From assembly GCA_964016885.1 (NCBI GenBank), contig OZ024749.1:930001-994000 (forward strand): a DNA stretch of 64,000 nt. The letters run 5' to 3'. Positions within the stretch are counted from its first letter, which is position 1, and every line of letters starts with the position of its first letter. Under the pieces are notes generated by a model. The model did not search any database and was not told the origin of the DNA. It saw only the letters and a program-made list of their open reading frames with translations. Positions 52,950-64,000 of this stretch are shown here, piece after piece. A program made the position numbers and the translations under genes. This DNA is from Eledone cirrhosa (taxonomy: Eukaryota).

Positions 52950-53530
52950 AATAATAATAATAATAAATGTAAAGATTAAAATCCAAAGAAGGCTCAAAAA
53001 GAATAATATATATATAAAACCATAGAGCAAATATTTATTAAAATAACAGATTAAAGTTTAAGCAAAGAATCGCTGCTTTCGCCCTTAACGGAATCTTCTG
53101 AAACTAAAAAAGAAAATCAATCTGTGGCCACAGAAGTAAATATTTCAAAAAACGATTTTAATGACCTCTGTCATTTTCGTTCAACAAATTTATTTACATT
53201 ATTCTTAAACTCTGGAGCTGAGAATCATTCAGTTTCCTGAATAGAATATTAGTCAAATGACTCCATTTATACCATTCTTTTTTTGTCTTTGCGTGAAATT
53301 GTTCTCATCGCTCCACTTAATGACGTATTATCTTCGCTTTTTACCCGTTCATTGCCAGGGAACGTCTTCACAAATCAAAGTATTGTCTTTCTGTTTTCCT
53401 TCGGTTGCAAGGTTTTTTGAAATATTTACTTCTGCGGCCACAGATTGATTTTTTTTGTTTAGTTTCAGAAGATCCCGTTAAGGGTGAAAGCAACGATTCT
53501 TTGCTTAAACTTTAATCTGCTATTTTAATA
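52950..53530 (-). mobile_element. Fold-back PLE pLTR derivative
   Basis: Arms ~53035-53153 and 53412-53530. Hammerhead-like motif at 53461-53511 and its mirror. Same family as 25433-26887. Confidence 0.82.
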
Positions 53531-53542
53531 TATACATATATG

Positions 53543-56500
53543 GTGGCACTGTAAAGTGGTGCTGGTGTTAGGAAGGGCATCTAACCAGTATATATACTAC
53601 TGCCAAAAAATATGAGCACAACAAATGAGAATTGCAACAACTGCGTAAACAACAATAACACTAACCATGTTAGCGCTGCGTACGGTGGTAGGGTGGTTGG
53701 TGTGGCCATGTGCGAGAACCCCCCCGGCCATCATCAAGCAATCGCACAACAACAAGAATATGAAGACGTCGCATCTCAGAGTTGCCACACCTAATGTTGG
53801 CACTCTAACAGGTAGATCTGGTGAGATAGCGGAGATGATGGAGAGGTGCCTCTGCAAGACTAAATCACAAACATCGTAGTTATCAGCTTTTCTGGGTAGG
53901 TAATGATGATAGGTTAGGGGAGTAGGTATTTTCCTGGCTGAGAGATGGATCAATAAGACAATAGAGGTAGTTTGAGTTAGTGATAGAATAATTAAGCTTA
54001 GATTAGTTGTAGGCAAGAGACTACTGACAAACATCTCTGCTTATGCTCCCCAGGCAGGTCTAGGTAAAGAAGAGAAAGACTGCTTTTACAAGCAACTTTT
54101 ACAAATAGCCACAAGGACAGAGGACAGAGACATCATTATGCTAGCAGGGGACTTCAATGGTCATGTTGGACAGCTCCAGGATATATATACTGGGGTACAT
54201 GGTGGGCACGGTTACGGCTCAAGTAATGAAGGAGTGAGGCTTCTTGAATTTTGTGATGCAAGTACACTAACCATTTGCAACACTAACTTCCAGAAACCTA
54301 CCAACCACCTAATAACCTACAAATCAGGTGAGCACATAAGCCAGATTGACTTCTTGCTAGTTAGGCAGCGAGACAGACAGATGGTGCCGAAGGCATACCC
54401 CGGGGAATAATATACCGCACAGCATAGGTTAATCATTAGTGACATCTCAGTAAGCATAAGACAGAATGAGACATACAGGAAGGTGTGGAAAAGAAAGGTC
54501 TGGAAGCTAAAAGACCTTTCACTAAAATATAAATTTAGGAAAGCCCTTCAAGATGTGTGTGTCGAAAAAGAAGACGATTTAGAGTCGTATGACATAGATA
54601 ATAACTGGAATTTCTTACGTGACAACTTATGGTTGGGGCAGAGCTTCAACCAGACAGAGAGTGACCTGGTGGTGGAACAGCACAGTAGATAAGTAAGGCC
54701 ATTAGAGACAAAAGACTAGCATTGAATGCTTGGAAAAATGATGGGAGTAGAGAAGGGTACACAGCCACTTAGAGAGAAGCTAGACGTCAGTTGTACTTAG
54801 CACGCCGGCAGGCTGAAATGGGGAGGTTTTCCAATGTTCTGTGACGGGAAGATCGGAGACGTGCGGTGTTCCACATTGCAAGGCAGTGTGTCAGTGCAAA
54901 TCAGGATGTTGTTGGAGATAAGTGTCTGGAATGATGCCGGTGTACTTAGTGTCATGAATGATCAAAAAAAGGAGGCCTGGAAATGTCATTATGAGAGACT
55001 GATGAATGTGGAGAACGAATGGGAGAGAGAGAAATTACCCTCAGTAGATCTGACAGAGGGACCAGCTATTGAGATTGACAAATATAGGGTCCAAGAGGCA
55101 ATTAAGGAAATGAAGAATGGTAAGGCTGCTGGACCGTCGGGGATAGTTGCTGAGATGCTGAAGGCATCAGGGGACGTAGGCACTAAACTGGTAGCACGCA
55201 TCATCAATCAAGCTATATATGGTGGTGTCATACCCAAAGACTGGTGCAGCAGTATTCTCATAAATTGCTACAAAGGTAAAGGGCATGCTCTGGAGAGGAG
55301 CAATTATAGGGGCATAAAGCTGATGGATCAGGTTATGAAAGTGCAGAGAGAATATTAGCGCAACTGATTAGAGAAATGGTCAAATTAGATGAGATGCAGT
55401 TTGGTTTTGTGCCTGGGAAAAGTACAACAGATGCCCTCTTCTTAGTGAGACAACTACAAGAGAGGTTCTTAGAGAAGAATAAGCCACTATACTTAGCTTT
55501 TGTTGACCTGGAGAAGGCCTTTGATATGGTACCCCGATCTGTCATCTGGTGGTCCCTAAGGAAACTAAGTGTAGAGGAATGGCTTGTGAGGATAGTGCAA
55601 GCTATGTACAGAGGTGCTGTCAGTAAAGTGAGGGTAGGAATGGAGTTTAGCGAGGAATTCCAGATACAAGTAGGAGTACATCAGGGTTCGGTCCTCAGCC
55701 AGCTCTTGTTCATTATAGTCCTCCAAGCCATAACAGAGGAGTTTCAGACTGGATACCCATAGGAACTTCTCTATGCTGACGATCTGGTTCTTATAGCAGA
55801 ATCAGTAGAGGAGCTAGAGAATAAATTCTGGCTATGGAAACAGCAGTTGGAAGCAAGAGGACTGAGAGTGAACCTAGCTAAGACAAAAGTGTTGATGAGT
55901 AGAAAATGGCCATGTTCGATATGTATGAAAGGAACTGGTATAAATTCCATAAAATGCACACAATGCAGATCCTGGGTACACAAGAGATGTAGCTGGATAG
56001 CAGGCAAACTAACAGGTAGGGAGAAATATGTATGCAGTAGATATACAGGGAAATTAGACAGTAGAAGTCGCATTGATAGACACATTTTTCAAATGCAGCC
56101 GGGTGCTATAGAAGTGGTGGATAGCTTCCGGTACCTAGGAGATCAGATTAGCATGCGAGGGGGGTGTTCCGAGGCCATAGTATTAGAATAAGGATGGGTT
56201 GGAAAAAGTTTAGGGATCTGCTTCCTCTGTTGACAAAGAAGGGTTTCTCCCTGCATACGAAAAAGGCCGATTGTGTGAGGAGCGCGATGCTGCATGGTAG
56301 TGAGACATGGGCAGCAACTGCAGAGGATATGCAACGGCTGGAGAGAAATGAGGCAAGTATGCTCCATTGGATGTGCAATGTCAATGTGCGTGAACGACCA
56401 AGCATAGACGAGTTGAGAGAGAAACTGCGTATAAGAGGGATAAGTTGTGGTGTGCGGGAGAGAAGACTGTGATGGTATGGACATGTGATGCGCATGGAGG

Positions 56501-56720
56501 ATGACCGGTGGGTAAAAAAGTGCCAAGAAATCCCAGTAGAAAGAAGACGCAGTAGAGTTAGACCACGAAAAACATGGGCGGAGGTGGTGAGAGCAGACCT
56601 CAGATCACTGAAGCTCACGGAGGAGATGACGAAGGACCGTTACAAGTGGAGAGATGCTGTGCTGAATAGGACTCGTCCCACCCTTGCAAGCAGGGAAGAG
56701 CGGATGTAAAATGATGATGA
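53543..56720 (+). mobile_element. Near full-length RTE-clade LINE (decayed)
   Basis: 5' UTR, APE motifs (AGDFNGHVG, SQIDFLLVR), RT motifs (VDLEKAFD, GVHQGSVLS, YADD), a Cys/His finger and a (GAT)n tail. Multiple stops and frameshifts. Confidence 0.95.
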
Positions 56721-56739
56721 TACATATATATATATATGT

Positions 56740-58805
56740 ATGGTTAAGAAGTTTGCTTCACAACATAGCTCTGGATTCAATCCTAGAATGTAGCACCTTG
56801 GTCAGGTGTCTTTTACTATAGTAACAGGTTGACCAATATCTTGTGTGACACCTTTGTCAAGTTTCTACTATAGTAACAGGTTGACCAATGTCTTGTGTGA
56901 CACCTTTGTCAAGTGTCTACTATAGTAACAGGTTGACCAATGTCTTGTGTGACACCTTTGTCAAGTGTTTACTATAGTAACAGGTTGACCAATGTCTTGT
57001 GTGACACCTTTGTCAAGTGTCTACTATAGTAACAGGTTGACCAATGTCTTGTGTGACACCTTTGTCAAGTATCTACTATAGTAACAGGTTGACCAATGTC
57101 TTGTGTGACACCTTTGTCAAGTGTTTACTATAGTAACAGGTTGACCAATGTCTTGTGTGACACCTTTGTCAAGTATCTACTATAGTAACAGGTTGACCAA
57201 TGTCTTGTGTGACACCTTTGTCAAGTATCTACTATAGTAACAGGTTGACCAATGTCTTGTGTGACACCTTTGTCAAGTATCTACTATAGTAACAGGTTGA
57301 CCAATGTCTTGTGTGACACCTTTGTCAAGTATCTACTATAGTAACAGGTTGACCAATGTCTTGTGTGACACCTTTGTCAAGTGTCTACTATAGTAACAGG
57401 TTGACCAATGTCTTGTGTGACACCTTTGTCAAGTGTCTACTATAGTAACAGGTTGACCAATGTCTTGTGTGACACCTTTGTCAAGTATCTACTATAGTAA
57501 CAGGTTGACCAATGTCTTGTGTGACACCTTTGTCAAGTATCTACTATAGTAACAGGTTGACCAATGTCTTGTGTGACACCTTTGTCAAGTGTTTACTATA
57601 GTAACAGGTTGACCAATGTCTTGTGTGACACCTTTGTCAAGTATCTACTATAGTAACAGGTTGACCAATGTCTTGTGTGACACCTTTGTCAAGTGTTTAC
57701 TATAGTAACAGGTTGACCAATGTCTTGTGTGACACCTTTGTCAAGTATCTACTATAGTAACAGGTTGACCAATATCTTGTGTGACACCTTTGTCAAGTGT
57801 TTACTATAGTAACAGGTTGACCAATGTCTTGTGTGACACCTTTGTCAAGTATCTACTATAGTAACAGGTTGACCAATGTCTTGTGTGACACCTTTGTCAA
57901 GTATCTACTATAGTAACAGGTTTACCAATGTCTTGTGTGACACCTTTGTCAAGTGTCTACTATAGTAACAGGTTGACCAATGTCTTGTGTGACACCTTTG
58001 TCAAGTGTTTACTATAGTAACAGGTTGACCAATGTCTTGTGTGACACCTTTGTCAAGTGTCTACTATAGTAACAGGTTGACCAATGTCTTGTGTGACACC
58101 TTTGTCAAGTATCTACTATAGTAACAGGTTGACCAATGTCTTGTGTGACACCTTTGTCAAGTGTTTACTATAGTAACAGGTTGACCAATGTCTTGTGTGA
58201 CACCTTTGTCAAGTATCTACTATAGTAACAGGTTGACCAATGTCTTGTGTGACACCTTTGTCAAGTATCTACTATAGTAACAGGTTTACCAATGTCTTGT
58301 GTGACACCTTTGTCAAGTGTCTACTATAGTAACAGGTTGACCAATGTCTTGTGTGACACCTTTGTCAAGTGTTTACTATAGTAACAGGTTGACCAATGTC
58401 TTGTGTGACACCTTTGTCAAGTATCTACTATAGTAACAGGTTGACCAATGTCTTGTGTGACACCTTTGTCAAGTTTCTACTATAGTAACAGGTTGACCAA
58501 TGTCTTGTGTGACACCTTTGTCAAGTGTCTACTATAGTAACAGGTTGACCAATGTCTTGTGTGACACCTTTGTCAAGTGTCTACTATAGTAACAGGTTGA
58601 CCAATGTCTTGCAAGTGGAATTTGGGAGACAGAAACTGTAGAAGTTCATGATGGGTGGGTGTGTATGTGTTTATAGCCCACAAATTAGGGAGTTTGACAA
58701 AAAAGAAAGCAGATTTGAAAGAAAATAAGTACTGGGGTGAATATCAGTGACAAAATCAACAAGGTGCCCCAACATGGCCACAGTCTAAAAACTGAAACCA
58801 ATAGA
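56740..58805 (+). mobile_element. tRNA-derived SINE (CR1-like tail) hosting an internal satellite
   Basis: Head tggttaagaag...ggattcaatcc before the array. The body resumes after 58612 and ends ataagtactgggg...ggtgccccaacatggccacagtc. Confidence 0.65.
56795..58611. repeat. 52-bp tandem repeat, ~35 highly homogeneous copies
   Basis: (TACTATAGTAACAGGTTGACCAATGTCTTGTGTGACACCTTTGTCAAGTRTY)n. Confidence 0.97.
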
Positions 58806-59509
58806 ATTGTGTAGTGCCCCAGCATGGCTGTAATCTAATGAATGAAGAAAGTAGAAGAGTATGATGCCCCAGCATGGCCACAAACTTTCCTTCTGTATTA
58901 ACTGTTGTACAATATAAGAGAATCATGAACTATCTGTAAATCCTAAATCCACAAATGAGAAATTACAAAGTAAATTTGAGTGGTTGATAATCTCAGCTGT
59001 CATGTCTAACTATATATATATACATATATAAACATGCACATACATATATATAGACACAGAAACAAAAACACACACATATATATATATATATACATACAAA
59101 CACACACATACATATATATCCACACACTCACATACATCTGCATCCAGCACTACAGGTGAATCACTGATTACAGGTGGTGTTGAGGTGACAACAATGTGAC
59201 AGATTCTTGCTAACTACAACCAACTGGTGCCACTTTCAACAGAAAACAATGTTAATAATTAACATCTACTGAAGCACAAATGAACAAAAATTAATTGGAA
59301 GAAAAAAAATTGTTTTAAAATTATTTGTTATCTATGTAATATATTATTATCATTAACGGTTTTGTTTTAACTCTTTTGTTACCATATTTCTAATGAAATA
59401 CACAGCCCGTGATGTATTTTTTTGATGAACAGAAACACTTAAAAAATAAACTGCTTTCTATCAGAGAATAGGTGCAGTTTCAGGCATTTGGTATGAAAAG
59501 AGTTGAAGA

Positions 59510-59931
59510 TATCTAAAGCCTGAGAGGTGACCAGCAGTAACTGTTAAGAAACTGGGCTGATACTATATAATATAACATAGTATTAATATAAACAGCTGAA
59601 AAGTAAAAAGATGAATATAGTAAGTTAAAAATAACAGCTATTGCAAATCTTAGTATATACACAAGTGAAAGTATAAGGAAAAGAAATTGAAAATGCAACT
59701 GGAGTCTTTTCAAGAATATTTATTTGTTTCCTTTACCGGCTTCACAGTTCTTATGCTTGTGGAGGGTTTGTTGTTTTTCTTGCAGATGCAAGAAAAACCA
59801 CAAACCCTCCATCTCAATTCTACTTTTGAAAAGCATAAGAACTGTGAAACCGGTAAAGGAAACAAATAAATATTCTTAAAAAGACTCCAGTTGCATTTTC
59901 AATTTCTTTTCCTTATACTTTCACTTGTGTA
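59510..59931 (-). mobile_element. Fold-back PLE pLTR derivative with decayed hammerhead motif
   Basis: Arms ~59658-59810 and 59787-59931. CTT-TTGAAAA-GCATAAGAACTGT-GAAA-CCGG-TA-AAG with palindromic stem III ACCGGT. Confidence 0.72.
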
Positions 59932-60276
59932 GGACATCTGGGTTTTTTTCATTTAAAAAAAAAAAACCTCATTTTCTTATATATATATAATTACAAAAAT
60001 ATTAATAAAATCACCATAATCCAGATGAGTGGGAATAGCTTTCATTGCGTAACACTTACACGTGTTTCATCATATGTATTACATATAAGTCTTGGATCGT
60101 TAATTTTTTATTATTTCATTATTCTAATCAAAATTAATTCACATCCAATTACTTAGATATGTAGTTACAATTAGTTGAGTAAACACTACTGTAAGCGGTC
60201 TTTGATTCTTGTTGTACAATCAATTTAATTGATTACACAAACAGAATTTGAATAATTCTCTCTCTCATATATATAT

Positions 60277-60603
60277 CATCATCATCATCATTTCATTTTA
60301 CGTCCGCTTTTTCCCTGCTTGCAAAGGTGGGATGCGAACTGATGCTGGATGCCCTTCCTAACACCAACCTCATTTACAATGAGTGCTGGGTGCTTTTTTG
60401 CCGTGGCACCTCCATGACCACTTTGCAGTGGAATGATAGGGACACCAGTCCCTATTGTCTCATTTCTACAGCTGAGTAAACTGGAGCAATGTGAAATAAA
60501 GTGTCTTGCTCAAGGAAACAACACATCACCCGGTCTGAGAATTGAACTCACAACCTTTCGATTGCAAGGCCAATGCTCTAACCACTAAGCCATGTGCCTC
60601 CAT
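60277..60603 (-). mobile_element. SINE family B (RTE-tailed)
   Basis: Same consensus as 8443-8794. Confidence 0.9.
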
Positions 60604-60628
60604 ATATGTGTATATATACACACATACA

Positions 60629-61297
60629 CAATGAAAGGCAGACTGTATGATGCGTGTATACGAACAGTAATGTTAGATGCTAGTGAGACATGGGTGGTGT
60701 CTGTGGAATACTTGCGTAGATTAGAAAGAAACGAAGCCTGCATCCTCTGATGGATGTGTAATAGTAATATACGCGAATGGCAAAGCATAAACGAATTGAG
60801 AGAGAGACTGAGCATAAGAGGAATCAAATGCTATGTGCAGGAGAGGCAGTTGCGTTGGTATGGACATGTGATGCGTATGAAGGATGACAGCTGCATAAAA
60901 AGCACTAGAAGTCGATGGAAGCCGCGGAGTGGGGAGACCCAAGAAGACCTGGGATGAGGTGATAAAAGCCGACCTTACCCAATTACACACGACCGTGACC
61001 TCTGGCGTCACGCAGTAATACAGAAGACCTGACCCCCCCACGGGTACAAGCCGAAGCTGAAGCATATAGACAATATGCCCCCACACCCTCCCATTGCAAA
61101 AAAAGCACCCAGCCCACACTGTAAAATGGATGTGTAGGCGCCACGGTAAAAAGCACTCAAGCACTCACTGTAAATGAGGTTGGTGTTAGGAAGCGCATCC
61201 AGCTGTAGAAATCAAGCCAGAATCAGTTCCCGTATGAGCAAGACAAGGTCAGCCGACCGGACACTGCTAGCGTGGAAGAACGGGCGTAAAACAGTGA
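60629..61297 (+). mobile_element. RTE LINE subfamily 2 3' fragment
   Basis: Reverse complement homolog of 39170-39872. Confidence 0.9.
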
Positions 61298-61509
61298 ACG
61301 TGTGCTTAGAAATGAGTGGAATTTGAAATTTTTATGAGGAAGGAGCTTGATCGAATTTTTTGATTATAGAAAAATAGTCTAAAAAATAGGGCATATAGCT
61401 CACTTAATAGAAAAAAACATGAACATTAGAACCTGCAGGACTTAAACCCACACCTTTATGCTTGCCAGGTAGAAATGCTACTATTACACCTAACTTTCTT
61501 AGATGTATG

Positions 61510-61547
<38 letters not shown>

Positions 61548-61551
<4 letters not shown>

Positions 61552-62082
61552 GGGGCTTCAAAAAGTTTGTGGTACATAGCTAAAAATCATATGCAGGGAT
61601 TTTGATCTCAATGCACCTGTACGTTCTCGTACTAATGTGTCATAACATGTTCTAATATAGACCCTTAAATACATGTTGCAAGAGGGCGCCACCAGTCAGA
61701 AATCAGTACCTGCCCAAGTAACATGGCCTCCATCAAAATATCAAATTCATTGTGAAGCTAGGGTGGCAGAGCAGCCAAATCATTGACACTCTGGAGCAAG
61801 TTTATGGGGACAATCCCCCATAAAATCAACAACCTACAAATGGATAAGTTGTTTTAGAAGTGGAAGAGATTAGGTTGAAGATGATCTCCAGTTGTAAAAA
61901 ACCTGCTTTGACATAGTTTAAATTGTATGGCCCTCAGTTTTACACAGATGGACTTAAAGGCTGGTATCAACGCTTACAGAAGTGTACTGACCCAGCTGGA
62001 GCATATGTTGAAAAATAAACATTATAACTTAAACCATTTTTTCCAACTGTCCCTTTCTCACAAATTTTTTGAAGCTCCCTTG
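61548..62082 (+). mobile_element. Internally deleted mariner transposon
   Basis: TIRs gagggggcttcaaaaagtttgtg / cacaaattttttgaagctccctt in TA runs. N-terminal transposase remnant IKFIVKLGWQSSQIIDTLEQVYGDN...TTYKWISCFRSGRD. Confidence 0.85.
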
Positions 62083-62115
<33 letters not shown>

Positions 62116-62439
62116 TTGTGCATATATATATATATATATGAAAAACAATGTTGTCTTTGAGATGCAGCAAGAGTGTATTTGAATACAACAACAACCACTA
62201 CCAACGACCTGTGGTACCAGGGGTGAAAGTCAGTACCTGGCACATTGGTTTTGGTAGAGGTAATAAAATGACTAAAGTAAAATAAAAATAATTAAGGGAA
62301 AATTGATTAATGTACTTGGGCAGAAGAGATAATTGAGAAGACAAAATCTGTTTTAGTAATTTACCAAAACCAATGTGCCTGATACTAAACTTCACCCCCT
62401 TGGTAGCATAGGTCATTGTTGTCGACACTAATACGACAC

Positions 62440-62850
62440 ATCCAGAAAGATCTCCATCACACATACAATCACAACTGATCAACTAAAACCACTTGCTGTA
62501 GCCACACAATAAACATCCATTGTATATAACGTGGGATACCAGTGTGTAATCAGTACAAACAAATAATAAGTAAAATATATAGGGATGTTGGTATGTCCAT
62601 ACACATTATTTTAAAAACCATAAACTTAGGAATTCTACAACTTTAGCCAACGAAATATGGGAACTGGAGGGAAAAGGAACTAGATATGAAATATCTTGGA
62701 CAGTCCTGGGATTTGCTGACCAGTACAAACAAGATACGAGTATTTGCTATATTTGTACACTGGAATTGTACTATATAATTTCTGAAAAAAAAAAAATTAA
62801 TAAATAATAGATTAGAATAGGTTTTCAATTGTAAACATAAACACTTTAAA
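62440..62850 (+). mobile_element. Old Penelope-like (Naiad-type) endonuclease remnant
   Basis: NSTTLANEIWELEGKGTRYEISW...ICYICTLELYYII...LINNRLE*VFNCKH parallels the C-terminus at 2410-2625. Confidence 0.65.
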
Positions 62851-63279
62851 CCTTTCTCCTATTATAATCCTGACTAACATAGAATCTGATCCTACAAGCA
62901 TACCCTTCCTCAATTCCATCCATTTATCACTGTATATATTAATGGCAGCAGAGAATACTTGGCACAGCCCAGACTTATCAATAGGAACATTAAGATGACA
63001 AAATGATTTATTACTACCGGCTTAAAGTGCCTGATAAAGAATTCTTAAAATCTCAGTGGAAGTGGCCCGTCACTGACCAATGGCATTAGAACTACCCTTT
63101 ATTCAACAAATCAACAGCTACTTCTGTTAACTATGTTAGTCCTGCCGCATGGGGAGGAAAAAAAATGATATAACTATCAATGCTAATGAGAGTTATTGTT
63201 GTTGAGAACTCTTTTATACATTTTCATATCTTTGTCTCTCAGTATAATTGTTAATATTTCAATACTTTTATGATTTTAT

Positions 63280-63420
63280 ATAACCCAGGTTTCTCCTTAG
63301 CAACATGCTGTCTCTCTATATATAAACATTTCCCTGTGTGAATAAAAACATTGTTAGACTTTGACAAGCTGATAAGTAAAACTGTTGAAGCAGAATATTG
63401 GAATTCTCGGAAAACATACG
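63280..63420 (+). mobile_element. Possible hAT transposase C-terminal remnant
   Basis: LSNMLSLYI...LDFDKLISK...NSRK resembles the end of a hAT dimerisation domain. Short and broken. Confidence 0.3.
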
Positions 63421-63779
63421 TGGGATTAGCAGTTCTAGATGTGTTCATTTACATATTAACGAAACATGTGTCAGTTACATAATAAATATTAATCCTTCAA
63501 TTGCGAAATTGGTATAGTCCTGTGATTTATTAATTTCTATATAAGGGCAGTGCCCCAGCATGGCCTTAGCTGGATGGCTGGAACAGGTAAAAGAGTATAT
63601 ATGTATGTATACATATATACATATATCACTTCAGTGAAAGAAAATGAAAGACATCAGTATATTAAAAATACTGAGTGTGTGTGTGTGTTTAAACATAAAA
63701 AGAAGCAGATAGAAACACTTGCCTCAGTCCAACGTTGTGTACGAAATCCAGAAATGAATTAACAGACAAGAGAAAACAC

Positions 63780-63822
<43 letters not shown>

Positions 63823-64000
63823 TATATATATAATGATAAAGTAGACAGTTTTCATAATTATATGTTATAGTATGAATTAATTTATATGAAATAATTAAAC
63901 AACTGATTATTGATGAAACACAGTAAACCCTTTAGCATTTACATTACTCTATATTTACAATTATATTTTTATTGTTCAAGGCTTTACCTCATATAATTAT

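Noticed and set aside
56795-58611. CRISPR-like array
   Set aside because: Units are contiguous with no unique spacers, there are no cas genes, the context is eukaryotic and the unit derives from a SINE.

Overview
Eukaryotic, very AT-rich, repeat-dominated animal DNA. The SINE/LINE repertoire and (TA)n load suggest a coleoid cephalopod, probably octopus (inference). The only well-supported host coding sequence is the terminal coding exon of a Rab6-like GTPase on the minus strand (48515-48582, ...TEVKLKETPAEPQTQEGSCSC*). Everything to its right is probably one long intron. The rest is decayed mobile elements: a 5'-truncated Penelope-like (Naiad-type) element, RTE LINEs with a partner SINE, CR1 and R4/Dong fragments, a DD37D maT and a mariner transposon, two Helitrons and many tRNA-derived SINEs, plus micro- and minisatellites. 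The most notable pattern is about a dozen short fold-back (inverted-repeat) elements, mostly in (TA)n tracts. Most carry intact or decayed type I hammerhead ribozyme motifs near the fold-back axis and look like Penelope pseudo-LTR derivatives from several families. Nearly all ORFs in the supplied track are microsatellite artefacts. All coordinates, base pairings and copy numbers were read by eye and are approximate.
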